Source of the DNA: Myxococcota bacterium
Lineage (GTDB): Bacteria; Myxococcota_A; SURF-8
Length of the DNA: 64,000 nucleotides
Assembly: GCA_963674735.2 (NCBI GenBank)
Contig: CAXXQS010000002.1
Span: 1,664,001-1,728,000, forward strand
Reading direction: 5' to 3'
Position numbers and translations under genes: made by a program. Below are positions 30,688 through 40,528 of the stretch, piece by piece. The first letter of the stretch is position 1. Each line of letters starts with the position of its first letter. The notes under the pieces were generated by a model. That model was not told the DNA's origin and did no database searches. It saw only the letters and a list, made by a program, of their open reading frames with translations.

Positions 30688-32052
30688 CTATTTCTCCTTG
30701 TGAGGGAAGGCTTGCGGACTGTTGAAATACGCCTTGGTTTCCTTGGCAACCAGGCCTGAGAGGAATAGCAGCCCGATCAGGTTCGGGAAGGCCATCAACC
30801 CGTTGAAAATATCTGAAACGGTCCACACGACCGGCAAAGCCAGTGTCGCACCGAGCGGGATGGCCAGGGTGTAGAGCGTTCGATAGACAATCACGGATTT
30901 TGCTCCAAAGATGAACTCAGTCGAACGATCTCCATAATAACTCCATGAAATTATGGTCGAAAAAGCAAAGAAAACGAGTCCAAAGCTGACGATGTAGCGG
31001 CCGATTCCCGGCAGCGCTTGCTGAAAAGCGCTGGCGGACAGGACAGCTCCCGTCAGTTGTTTGCCCGTTTCGGGGTCTGTGTGCGTCCACAAGCCACTAA
31101 TCAAGATGACCAGGGCTGTCATAGAGCAAATCACGATCGTGTCGATAAATGGCCCCAACATGGCGACCAATCCCTCACGCGGGGGATACTTGGTTTTGGC
31201 GGCGGCATGGGCGATGGGAGCCGATCCCAAACCGGCTTCATTGGAAAAAAGACCGCGAGCCACACCGAATCGCATGGTCTCCATCACCGTGGCGCCCAAA
31301 AAGCCTCCGGCGGCGGAAGTCGGGGTGAAGGCGTGCTTGACGATCAGGGCGAATGTGGCCGGAATCAGGTCGAAATGCATCACCAGAATCGTCAGGGATC
31401 CCAGAACGTAGATGATGGACATAAACGGCACGATACGAGACGCCACATTGGCGATGCGTCGGATGCCGCCAAGAATGACCAATCCCACCAATATCCCTAA
31501 AACAATGCCGGTTATCCATTTGGGGATTCCCAATTCCGCCAGTGGTTCGGCGACGGAATTGGCTTGCACCATGTTGCCGATACCGAAGGAGGCGATGACG
31601 GCGAACAGCGCGAATAGCCAACCCAGCCATTTTTGTCCAAGCCCCTCGGCCAGGTAATACATCGGGCCGCCGGAAACCGAGCCGTCGGGATTGATGCGCC
31701 GGTATTTGCTGCTCAGGGTGCACGAAGTGAATTTGGTGGCCATACCCACAAACGCCGTCACCCACATCCAGAAAATCGCTCCCGGACCGCCCGCCGCGAT
31801 CGCAGTGGCGACTCCGGCGATGTTGCCGGTCCCGATGGTGGCCGATAGCGCAGTTGCTAACGCCTGAAAATGACTGATGTCGCCTTCGTCCTCGGGATCG
31901 TCGAATTTCCCGGAAATCAATGTCCAGGCATAGCGAAAGCGTAATAGTTGGATGAGTTTCAGTCGTAGGGTAAGAAAGATTCCCGTGCCCACCAATAAAA
32001 CGATGGTGACAGGACCCCAGACGAATGAACTGATCGTGTTCAGCAGTTCCAA
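30688..32052 (-). CDS. Sodium:alanine/glycine symporter (AGCS family)
   Basis: ALSATIGTGNIAGVATAI..GGPGAIFWMW, GVARGLFSNEAGLGSAPIAHA and FIDTIVIC. Confidence 0.95.
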   Translation of the reverse strand: MELLNTISSFVWGPVTIVLLVGTGIFLTLRLKLIQLLRFRYAWTLISGKFDDPEDEGDISHFQALATALSATIGTGNIAGVATAIAAGGPGAIFWMWVTAFVGMATKFTSCTLSSKYRRINPDGSVSGGPMYYLAEGLGQKWLGWLFALFAVIASFGIGNMVQANSVAEPLAELGIPKWITGIVLGILVGLVILGGIRRIANVASRIVPFMSIIYVLGSLTILVMHFDLIPATFALIVKHAFTPTSAAGGFLGATVMETMRFGVARGLFSNEAGLGSAPIAHAAAKTKYPPREGLVAMLGPFIDTIVICSMTALVILISGLWTHTDPETGKQLTGAVLSASAFQQALPGIGRYIVSFGLVFFAFSTIISWSYYGDRSTEFIFGAKSVIVYRTLYTLAIPLGATLALPVVWTVSDIFNGLMAFPNLIGLLFLSGLVAKETKAYFNSPQAFPHKEK

Positions 32053-32256
32053 ATCGGCCTCCCGGTTTCGTGCGTAGATTGTATTCGATTACCGCAGGTG
32101 GGATGGATTGTCAACCGCATCCTTTGTGGTGGTCGAGTTTCGAATAATCCGCCCAAAGCTTTCATCACCTTGTTTGAAACGAAAACCTTGAATCATTTCC
32201 GAAATTTTGGTAGTCAAGACCAAATAAAATGAGTATGTTGAATCAAGGTAGCATCG

Positions 32257-32955
32257 ATGTCCACCGACAAAAAAAAGACCGACCGCATGGCGGATATGGA
32301 AAAAGTGAACCCGCAACTGTGGGAGCGAGTTCTTCAACCCGATCAGTTGATTCGTATTCGTTTCCCAAAGGAAGACGGCGGGTTCGCTCTGGACAGCAAG
32401 GTTCTGGCTCTCGATCGGAACACGGTTTACAGCGCCGGATTGGAAGATTTGACTGTTAATCCTGGAGCGTTGGCGCAGATTTCCTTTTTTACCGAAAAGG
32501 CCATATACAGCTTCGTTACGCGATTAATCGAACGTCGACCGGTGGATGAGCCCCTGATTGGTCCCTTGCTTGCCTTTGAAAAACCCGTGGCCTGGAAACG
32601 CATTCAGCGAAGATCGGATTTCCGATTGGAATGGCATTTTCCCGTGAATGTTCGGTTCCTGTCGCACCCCGATGATTTGTTTAAAGCTCGAAACGTGAAC
32701 ATCAGTGCATCGGGGATGCTGCTGGCGATGGAACGCTACCCGTCTATCGGTGATAAACTGAGCCTTGATTTCAACCTTCCCGGCGAGGATGATCCTTTTC
32801 ATGCCGAAGCCGAGGTGATTCGGCAGGCCGTGCGTCAGGAAGGTGATCGGGAGCTTTTTCAGTTCGCTATCCGCCTCACTTTGTTAAACGACCGAGACCG
32901 AGACCGTCTAGCCCAGATCCTGTGGAAAAAAACCCGTGAAAGGATCATGAAATGA
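32257..32955 (+). CDS. YcgR-like flagellar brake (PilZN + PilZ)
   Basis: IQRRSDFR and NISASG motifs after an N-terminal beta domain; lies upstream of the flagellar cluster. Confidence 0.8.
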   Translation: MSTDKKKTDRMADMEKVNPQLWERVLQPDQLIRIRFPKEDGGFALDSKVLALDRNTVYSAGLEDLTVNPGALAQISFFTEKAIYSFVTRLIERRPVDEPLIGPLLAFEKPVAWKRIQRRSDFRLEWHFPVNVRFLSHPDDLFKARNVNISASGMLLAMERYPSIGDKLSLDFNLPGEDDPFHAEAEVIRQAVRQEGDRELFQFAIRLTLLNDRDRDRLAQILWKKTRERIMK

Positions 32956-35522
32956 TCGCAAGGCTGTTGGATTTACGTCACCTTGTGATTGGATCCGGTT
33001 TTGTTTTTTGGATGATCTTTTCGAGCATCAATCCGCTTGAAGCGGCTTCGTCCGATCGATCCCTGGTTTTGGTGGTTGACCGTTCCCAAATTGGTTTGCA
33101 ACATGATGTCAGCCAGCATGTTTTGCCTGCTGCGGAATTGGCCATCGGTGTTTCTCCGACTTCCATGAACTGTGGTGTCGTTGCAGTGGGAGAGAAAGCG
33201 GAAGTGGCGGCTCGGCTTCGATCGCCTTGGACGTCAAAACGGTTAAGGGAAAAATTCGCCGTACTTCGACGTCAAGCGCATTTGGGTCAGGAATTGGATC
33301 TGGATGTCGGTTTGCTCGAGGCTCTTCGCTTGATCAAAAAGAAACGTGGTTCAAAAGGGGTGATCCTCGCGGTTGTAACCAACCCAGCTCCATTGGATCC
33401 TATTGAAAAAACGATAAAGTTATTAAAAAAATCTGAGGTTCGACTTCATGTTGTCGCGTTGAAAGCGGCGGCTCCTCCGATTGAATGGGAGAAGGCGGCG
33501 CAGGCGACGGGGGGGATTTTAAAGGTTTGCGATGTTGTAACGGATCTCGAGAGATGTTTGTTGGATGCGTTTATGGTTGCGGCAGGACCTCAACAGCTTC
33601 CTCTGAATGACTCGTCATTTCAGATCGACCCCTACTCGCGCATTATCCGGATTGTCGCCCGTTCCACGGGATCGGTGAAACCGGTATTGCTTGGACCTGG
33701 CGGGATTCGTATTGACGCCGCAAAGCCCGCGATGTATGGCCGCAAAGGAATTTTTGTTCAAGAATTTCATTTCCACTCCATGTTTCAGTTGAAGAATCCG
33801 AAGCCGGGCAATTGGAAAATAGAGCACGTCGATTTGAAAGGCGTGAACGCTTTTATTGAATCCCAGCAGCGGGTTGAAGTTCTGGTGCCCCGCCGCCGAT
33901 TTGTTGAGACCGAACTGTTACCCGTTGCTGCGTATCTTGCGCGCAAAGGAGTGGTTGTCAAATTACCGGGTTCTGAACAAATGGAAGGTTTCGTCGTTAA
34001 ATTGGTGAATGATGATGGCGATGCCATTGCCAGTTCGACCATGCTGGATGACGGTAGTTTTCCCGATGCGCGTAAAGGTGACGGCGTTTATTCCGTTGTC
34101 TTACCGCTGAATCACCACACCGGGATGCAAACCATCCAAGTCGAGGCGCGAACCCAGGCTCTGGCCAGACGGCGTTTGGAGCGTATCGAGGTTATGCCTG
34201 GAAACTGGGTTGAAAAACTTGAGCCTGCGGACGAGATTGAGATGGGGCGGACGCCGCTTACAACGGTGATGCTCTCTCAAGCTCTCCCGCTGGATAGCAG
34301 TACGGTTGTTATGGCGCGTTTGGGAAGCAGCAAGGAATACCTTCTCAAGCAAGCTCGTGGAAATCCCTACCAATGGGGAGGGTTACTGCCGACTCCAACG
34401 ACTCCGGGGCACCTGACGTTGCATATTTTCAAACGCAATTCATCGGTTCCCTGGCTGAGAGATGAACAATCGGTGCTGTATCCTATTCGTGTCAAGGAAG
34501 CGCTGAACGAAGAGGTCGCAACTTCACCGATGGTTGTTTTGTTCGTTCTTCTCGTGGTCCTCAACTCCGGTGCCATGTTGTATATGCTGGTTCGCTATTT
34601 GCGTCGGCCTAAGCCGGTTTTGGTTCAGGAAACGGGAGAGTTTGAGCCCGAGGACCGGTTTGTCGAGCATGAAGTGGAAGAATCGATTCCGGACTCACCC
34701 GAGCCGGTCAAAATGAGAGTGGAAGCACGAATCATCACACCGGAAGCGGAAAAGCACGAGGGAGTTGTCTCCAACGTCGGCGAGCGACTCGGGGAGGTAT
34801 TGGGTTCTCATATAGAGGCTTCAGAGCAAGATGATATTGTTGTTCCGGATTTTTCCGCGGATGAACTCGATCGGGATTCTGATTCGGAATGGGTGACGGG
34901 GGATGCCTTGGATCGCGTCCAAACCTGGTTTAACAAGGATGATAAACCGGAGGATAGCGATTCCCGGGAAACAGGTTCCGAAGATGAACAACCCGATTCT
35001 GAAGAGGCAACTGATGAGTCCGACTTGTCGGCGGAAGAGGTAGAAGAAGAAATACCGGGTGAAGAAGGAAAACCGGATGCGGCTGAAAGCGAATCTGGTG
35101 ATCCGGTGGAATCGGTTGACGAAGATGACCTGGGATCGGAAGAACCTGAAACCGTGGAAATACCGGCTGAGGCGAGCAAGGGGGAAATGAACGCCGATCA
35201 GGCCATGAATGCGACGGCCTCACTCCTTGATTCCTTGATCTCGTCCAGTTCGGACGAAGAGACGGGATTGTCTGAGATGGCGACGGCGCTCGGTTTGGTT
35301 GACAACGCGGAGTCCGGTGACGAAGATCAGGTCATATCTGGCGATGACGACCCGGATGCACAAGTGGAGCCGGCCGCGCGGATCGTTACGGATGACGATG
35401 AGTTGGGGGGCTTGTTGGATGAGGATCTGCGGGCGATGTTATCCCAACAGGAAAAAGTCGGGGCTTTGGCGGATACCCTTCCTGATGCGGATGCTTCGGA
35501 AGAAGAGCCGGACTCTCCATGA
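32952..35522 (+). CDS. Membrane protein: degenerate vWA-like and beta-sandwich exterior part, one TM, long acidic cytoplasmic tail
   Basis: LVLVVDRS (degenerate MIDAS), LDDGSFPDARKGDGVYS, TM VVLFVLLVVLNSGAMLYMLV, then about 300 aa rich in D/E. Confidence 0.6.
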   Translation: MIARLLDLRHLVIGSGFVFWMIFSSINPLEAASSDRSLVLVVDRSQIGLQHDVSQHVLPAAELAIGVSPTSMNCGVVAVGEKAEVAARLRSPWTSKRLREKFAVLRRQAHLGQELDLDVGLLEALRLIKKKRGSKGVILAVVTNPAPLDPIEKTIKLLKKSEVRLHVVALKAAAPPIEWEKAAQATGGILKVCDVVTDLERCLLDAFMVAAGPQQLPLNDSSFQIDPYSRIIRIVARSTGSVKPVLLGPGGIRIDAAKPAMYGRKGIFVQEFHFHSMFQLKNPKPGNWKIEHVDLKGVNAFIESQQRVEVLVPRRRFVETELLPVAAYLARKGVVVKLPGSEQMEGFVVKLVNDDGDAIASSTMLDDGSFPDARKGDGVYSVVLPLNHHTGMQTIQVEARTQALARRRLERIEVMPGNWVEKLEPADEIEMGRTPLTTVMLSQALPLDSSTVVMARLGSSKEYLLKQARGNPYQWGGLLPTPTTPGHLTLHIFKRNSSVPWLRDEQSVLYPIRVKEALNEEVATSPMVVLFVLLVVLNSGAMLYMLVRYLRRPKPVLVQETGEFEPEDRFVEHEVEESIPDSPEPVKMRVEARIITPEAEKHEGVVSNVGERLGEVLGSHIEASEQDDIVVPDFSADELDRDSDSEWVTGDALDRVQTWFNKDDKPEDSDSRETGSEDEQPDSEEATDESDLSAEEVEEEIPGEEGKPDAAESESGDPVESVDEDDLGSEEPETVEIPAEASKGEMNADQAMNATASLLDSLISSSSDEETGLSEMATALGLVDNAESGDEDQVISGDDDPDAQVEPAARIVTDDDELGGLLDEDLRAMLSQQEKVGALADTLPDADASEEEPDSP

Positions 35523-35683
35523 TTTGTGTCATTAAAATGTCGAAACCATGACGAAATTCAAAGCTGCCGTCCGTTGAAAGTCAAAGGGTTGACGATTTTG
35601 CCTAGTGCCTGAACCTTTTTTCCCAATCCTTAACATGCTGATATTATAGACAAAAACCATTAAGATGGGGTTTGTTGCCGGTC

Positions 35684-35699
35684 TGGCACGCCATTTGCT
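35684..35699 (+). promoter_or_regulatory. Sigma54 -24/-12 promoter
   Basis: TGGCACGCCATTTGCT is a near-perfect GG-N10-GC consensus with an AT-rich region upstream. Confidence 0.85.
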
Positions 35700-35737
35700 C
35701 TCCTCTTCATTCGTCAAAAGTGAAGAGAGGTGGCATC

Positions 35738-38125
35738 GTGAAGGCCCTACATTCCATTCTGATTTACACAATATTGACGCTGAATGCGATCTGTGTACTC
35801 TCCGGGGTCGCCACCGCCCAGACGATGATGACCCTCTCGCTCGAAGTCAATCGCCAAACACTCTATTCCATTGATAAGGGAGAAAACGCCGGTGAACTGA
35901 CTTTAACTGTCGAGGGTTATCCTGAAGATCTGTTGTCACAGCTCGAATCCCAATTCAATGAGCACTTGGTGGCGATAAAAGTGATCGATCGGACTCCGGC
36001 GCGTATGCAACTGACGATGATTATATTTCCGGTCGTCTTCGAGTTTTCACATCTTCGACGTGTTCAACCGCAACAGATACAGATCAGTCTGATATTCGAC
36101 AATACATCCCAGTCGAAAATGGTTTCGACCATTCCTCCTTTGCCGGTATGGGAAATGCTCGAAGATGGAACGATTATACTGCCGCCCGCCGAGTACCAAA
36201 AAGTGGCTGGACCGGAAGGAGTTGCCAAGGAATTTCGCAACGCTTTGAGCTTCTTTGAGCTCGGCGCCTATTCGACGGCACGAAACAAGTTACAGGAGCT
36301 TTTAAAGTCCGGCAATGGGGAATTGTGGCAGGAAAGCCTTACTTTGCTTGGCGAGACGATGTTCAATGAGGCTTTTTACAGCGGGTCATCCATGTACGAC
36401 GCTCGTCGAGCGTTGGGGATTGCCGAGCAGGAGAGCAAGCAGGATATCTGGCGGAGCCGGGCTCTTTTACTGCTTTCCTGGGCGCACACATTTTCAGGGG
36501 ACTTGAAAAACGGGGCGATCTATTTCGAACGAGGGGCGAAAACATACCCAATATTGAAGCCTTATTTTGTTTTAGGTCGCCTGCAAGTTGCCGTGTCACG
36601 TGATGAGATAGATTTGGCGCGTGAGCTTGTCCGTGAGGTGAAGCAAGTTAAGAATCTGCCGGAAGAAGCCATAACCAAGCTGTGTTTTTCCGAGGTTCTC
36701 TTGGTTCTGCGTTCCGGTGATGTCGCGAAAGCGAATAAACTGGCCGATTCATGCATGAAGCAATTTGATCGTGCCGGAGTGCTGGATGTCGGCCAACTTC
36801 TGGCCGTTGCCGAAGCGCGACTTCTAGCTTATCGCTACGGCGAGGCCAAGGATATGCTGAACCGCGTGATGCGTGATTTTGCCGATCATCCCAAGGCGGC
36901 TCTTGCCGCCATGCGACTGGGAGATGCCTTGTTTTTCGAGAATCGCTGGACGGAAGCTCAAGGCGCATATGAGTTGTGTGTCCAGCGATGGCCGGGTAGC
37001 TCTTACGCGCGGCTGGCAGAGATTAAGGGGAAGGAACTGGCTAAACGCCAGGAGCGGGTTCTCAACCCGATGAAAGTGTATACCGAATTGGATATGCACC
37101 ACGAGCCGGAGCCGGTTGGACGCGAGAGCAAACTTCGGCTGATGTGGTATTACGATGAAGACGGTGTGTATGATCAAGCCTATATCTACTTGGTTGAGGT
37201 TGTACGCCGTTATAATGGAATGAAATACTGGCCCTTCCAGCGTGACCGCTTATCGCGGATTGTGTCGAAAGCCTATGAGTACCTGGCGGAAAACGAAGAC
37301 CATCTCAACATTATCAAACTCTATCAGGCCAAAGAGGATTTTCCGCTGAATCAGCGCGCGCTTGACCGTGTGTCGGTGTTGGTGGCCAATGCTTATGCGG
37401 CTTTGGGAAAATTTCAACTGGCTGTGGACGCCTATCTGGAGGCCTTGGCCAACAAAGAGCGTACGCCTGAAGGTGAGCGAAACCTGCTGGTTGGCTTGAC
37501 GCAGGCTTATATGGCGGAAGGGGATCTTTATCGAGCTGAAAAAACACAGGAGTATTTCGGGAATCGATTCAACAAACCCGAAGATGAACGTGTACACAAT
37601 CTCCTGATGGGTGAGATTCTGGAAGCCCGTGGAGACATGGAGGAATCCCTCAAAACCTATGAGCGTGTTATCGAAGCCACGACGGACCCAGCCGAGCGAA
37701 GACGCTTGTCGTTTAAAATCGGACGCGTGTTTTATCGTCAGCAGCGTTTCGAGAAAGCCACGCTTGCCTTGGCTCCCGCTTTAGAACATTTTCTGGACCC
37801 CAATCTCATCATCGATCCTGACGTGATTCCCGAAACGGTGAGAAACGCCATGTTTTTCCTCGCGGATAGTTATTACCGGGTGCGCATGTTCAGGGAGAGT
37901 TCGGACGTTTATTTACGGATTATCAGCCTGTTTCCGAAAGATAGCCGGGTTCCGATCGCGCATTACTATGCTGCGGAGGGTTTGGTTATGAGCGACCGAA
38001 AAGAACTGGCGATGAAAGAATATGACACGCTGAAGAACATGGATGACCCGTTCTGGCAGGAGGTCGGAAGTCTGAAGGCCGCCATCTCGGAGTGGTTTGT
38101 CAAGCACGATTTGCTGGATTACTGA
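35738..38125 (+). CDS. Exported tetratricopeptide-repeat protein (flagellar cluster-associated)
   Basis: GTG start after GAGAGG, downstream of the sigma54 promoter; signal peptide; multiple TPR-like repeats (AAMRLGDALF, AMFFLADSYY). Confidence 0.75.
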   Translation: MKALHSILIYTILTLNAICVLSGVATAQTMMTLSLEVNRQTLYSIDKGENAGELTLTVEGYPEDLLSQLESQFNEHLVAIKVIDRTPARMQLTMIIFPVVFEFSHLRRVQPQQIQISLIFDNTSQSKMVSTIPPLPVWEMLEDGTIILPPAEYQKVAGPEGVAKEFRNALSFFELGAYSTARNKLQELLKSGNGELWQESLTLLGETMFNEAFYSGSSMYDARRALGIAEQESKQDIWRSRALLLLSWAHTFSGDLKNGAIYFERGAKTYPILKPYFVLGRLQVAVSRDEIDLARELVREVKQVKNLPEEAITKLCFSEVLLVLRSGDVAKANKLADSCMKQFDRAGVLDVGQLLAVAEARLLAYRYGEAKDMLNRVMRDFADHPKAALAAMRLGDALFFENRWTEAQGAYELCVQRWPGSSYARLAEIKGKELAKRQERVLNPMKVYTELDMHHEPEPVGRESKLRLMWYYDEDGVYDQAYIYLVEVVRRYNGMKYWPFQRDRLSRIVSKAYEYLAENEDHLNIIKLYQAKEDFPLNQRALDRVSVLVANAYAALGKFQLAVDAYLEALANKERTPEGERNLLVGLTQAYMAEGDLYRAEKTQEYFGNRFNKPEDERVHNLLMGEILEARGDMEESLKTYERVIEATTDPAERRRLSFKIGRVFYRQQRFEKATLALAPALEHFLDPNLIIDPDVIPETVRNAMFFLADSYYRVRMFRESSDVYLRIISLFPKDSRVPIAHYYAAEGLVMSDRKELAMKEYDTLKNMDDPFWQEVGSLKAAISEWFVKHDLLDY

Positions 38126-38139
38126 GAAAGGAATCCACG

Positions 38140-39162
38140 ATGAGTATTTCTCAACAAGCGGAACGCGTAGATGTGGATCAAACAGAAGGGCGGATGGCAA
38201 TACCTGTCATCGCTGCGCCACTGATTCTCACCCGAGATGAAAAAATGGATGCCTTGATGAAGATGGCACAAGTGGTGTCACAATATCAGACACCCGTGTT
38301 GATCGAGGGTGAAAGCGGGACCGGCAAAGAGTTGATGGCTCGCTACATCCATGTCAATTCGGAACGCGCTAAAGGGCCCTTTGTGGCGGTGAATTGTGCG
38401 GCGATCCCGGAACAGTTGCTGGAAAGCGAGTTGTTCGGATATGAGAAGGGAGCTTTCACCGGGGCTTTGGGTGGACGCTTGGGGAAATTCGAACAGGCCA
38501 ACGGCGGTACCATTTTGTTGGACGAAATCGGTGAGTTGGCTCCGGCGTTGCAAGTCAAGCTGCTGCGAGTTCTGCAGGAATACGAAGTGGATCGATTGGG
38601 GGGACGTCAAGCGATACCGGTGGATGTTCGCGTGATTGCAACCACGAATCGTTCCCTGAAAAAACTGGCGGCTCAGGGCTCGTTTCGGGATGATTTGTAT
38701 TATCGCATCAATGTGTTTCCGCTCAAGCTGCCGCCGTTGCGGCAACGTCTGGACGATTTGAAGATCCTGGTTCCGCATTTTATCTGTAAATACAACCATG
38801 ATGAAGTGAAGGAAGTCGACGCCAATGTTTACGAGATGCTGCGGCATAGTGGATGGCGGGGCAATATCCGCGAACTGGAAAACGTGATTACGCGTGCGGT
38901 GGTGTTATCGCATGGTTTACCGCGGATTTTGGCCGAGCACATCGTCTTTGAAGAAGTGGAAGACGAAACCATGTCGGATGAGGACTTGCTGCCTTCCGGC
39001 ATGACGTTACGAGAAATGGAAAAACGGCTGATTTTGAAAACCCTGCACGAATATGAAGGAAACCGCACTCACGCCTCTCAGGTTCTCAATATTTCGGTGC
39101 GAACCCTGCGGAACAAGCTGAAAGAGTATCGTGAGAACGGAGAATTGACAGAGCTGGTATGA
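38140..39162 (+). CDS. Sigma54-dependent enhancer-binding activator lacking an N-terminal receiver domain
   Basis: GESGTGKE, ESELFGYEKGAFTGA, LDEIGE, FRDDLYYRINV and a Fis-type HTH; only about 30 aa precede the AAA+ domain. Confidence 0.9.
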   Translation: MSISQQAERVDVDQTEGRMAIPVIAAPLILTRDEKMDALMKMAQVVSQYQTPVLIEGESGTGKELMARYIHVNSERAKGPFVAVNCAAIPEQLLESELFGYEKGAFTGALGGRLGKFEQANGGTILLDEIGELAPALQVKLLRVLQEYEVDRLGGRQAIPVDVRVIATTNRSLKKLAAQGSFRDDLYYRINVFPLKLPPLRQRLDDLKILVPHFICKYNHDEVKEVDANVYEMLRHSGWRGNIRELENVITRAVVLSHGLPRILAEHIVFEEVEDETMSDEDLLPSGMTLREMEKRLILKTLHEYEGNRTHASQVLNISVRTLRNKLKEYRENGELTELV

Positions 39163-39267
39163 CAAAATGGGAAATTATTGCCGCGCCAGAGGAAGAATCT
39201 GCCTAGCCGGGTGTCGAAAATGGGCGTTCGATGCCGAAAATGAAGGATCTTTGGGCTTGAAAATGGA

Positions 39268-39284
39268 TTGGCATGGAAGTCGCA
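39268..39284 (+). promoter_or_regulatory. Sigma54 promoter of the flgB operon
   Basis: TTGGCATGGAAGTCGCA (GG-N10-GC), about 50 nt before flgB. Confidence 0.7.
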
Positions 39285-39335
39285 TCGATACTGTATCCGG
39301 TGGTTATATAGCTGGAGAATCGACAGGATTTTGAC

Positions 39336-39734
39336 ATGAAACTTTTCGACGCAATCATACAGGGCCTGCATAAAAACATGGATCTGCGGCTTGAGCGGCA
39401 GAACCTGATCAACACCAATATCGCCAATGCGGAAACCCCGGGCTATCGTCCCATCGATTTGGATTTCAAGGAAGAACTGGCGCGGTTGCTTCGGCAAGAC
39501 GACGAACCGATCGGCGCGACCAGTGGAGGCCATATGGGTGGTGTGCCCAGCTTTGATGATGTTCGTGGAGAGGTCATCGAACAAGCCGGTGAGAACGGTG
39601 CCGACGGCAATGCCGTCGATGTGGATCGTCAGATGGCGGAACTGAGTTCCAATGCCTTCAACTACCGTGCTTCCGCCAAGCTGGTTAGTAAGAAAATGGC
39701 TCTTTTAAAGTACGTCATCAACGAATCGAGGTAA
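39336..39734 (+). CDS. flgB: Flagellar basal-body rod protein FlgB
   Basis: NIANAETPGY and DGNAVDVDRQM. Confidence 0.95.
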   Translation: MKLFDAIIQGLHKNMDLRLERQNLINTNIANAETPGYRPIDLDFKEELARLLRQDDEPIGATSGGHMGGVPSFDDVRGEVIEQAGENGADGNAVDVDRQMAELSSNAFNYRASAKLVSKKMALLKYVINESR

Positions 39735-39737
39735 GCC

Positions 39738-40169
39738 ATGGACTTTGATACCGCTATTCGCATCGCCGCCAGCGGCATGTCGGCCAATAAGCTTCGGTTG
39801 AATTTGCTGACGTCGAATCTGGCCAATGCACAGACGACACGAAGTGAAAACGGAGGCCCCTATCAGCGGCGTGATGCAGTCTTTCGGACCTCGCAGGCGG
39901 TGGACAGCTTCGAGCAGTTATTATCCGACATCCAGGCTGAACACGCAAACGGTGTGGAAGTGACCAGCGTCATCAAGCAAAACAAATTCCGCGAAGTCTA
40001 CGACCCCAGTCATCCCGACTCCAATGACAAAGGCTATGTTTTGATGCCGGACATCAACGTGGTTGAAGAAATGGTCGATATGCTGGCGACGTCGCGCAGT
40101 TACGAAGCCAATGTTCAGGCGATCAAGGCTCTCAAGGCCATGGCCAATCAAGCTTTGAACATCGGTTAG
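39738..40169 (+). CDS. flgC: Flagellar basal-body rod protein FlgC
   Basis: SNLANAQTT, GPYQRR, YDPSHPD, GYV.MP.INVVEEMVDM and RSYEAN. Confidence 0.96.
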   Translation: MDFDTAIRIAASGMSANKLRLNLLTSNLANAQTTRSENGGPYQRRDAVFRTSQAVDSFEQLLSDIQAEHANGVEVTSVIKQNKFREVYDPSHPDSNDKGYVLMPDINVVEEMVDMLATSRSYEANVQAIKALKAMANQALNIG

Positions 40170-40188
40170 GATCGGAAAGGAGTGCGCC

Positions 40189-40503
40189 ATGGATAAAGTA
40201 TCCCTCAGCCCCAGTGCCGTCCGACAGGCGATGAGCCCCAACCGGCTGAAAGCCGTTGAGAAAAAAGACGAAGCGAAAGAGGCGCAATCATTCGGCGAGA
40301 TGCTGAAAAATTCAGTGGAAGACGTCAACAACACGCAGGCCACGGCCGACAAATCGATTGCCGAGTTTCTTAGCGGAGGCAACATCGGTTTGCATGAAAC
40401 CATGTTGAATGTGGAAAAAGCCGATGTTTCCCTGCGATTGCTGGTACAGGTACGCAACAAAGCTGTGGAAGCCTACCGCGAAATCATGCGGATGCAGGTT
40501 TAA
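40189..40503 (+). CDS. fliE: Flagellar hook-basal body protein FliE
   Basis: QVRNKAVEAYREIMRMQV. Confidence 0.95.
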   Translation: MDKVSLSPSAVRQAMSPNRLKAVEKKDEAKEAQSFGEMLKNSVEDVNNTQATADKSIAEFLSGGNIGLHETMLNVEKADVSLRLLVQVRNKAVEAYREIMRMQV

Positions 40504-40528
40504 CGGCGAAGCGAGCAGGTAAGAGACG

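Noticed and set aside
35672-35737. TTG start for the TPR gene
   Set aside because: It overlaps the sigma54 promoter; GTG 35738 has an RBS and a signal peptide.
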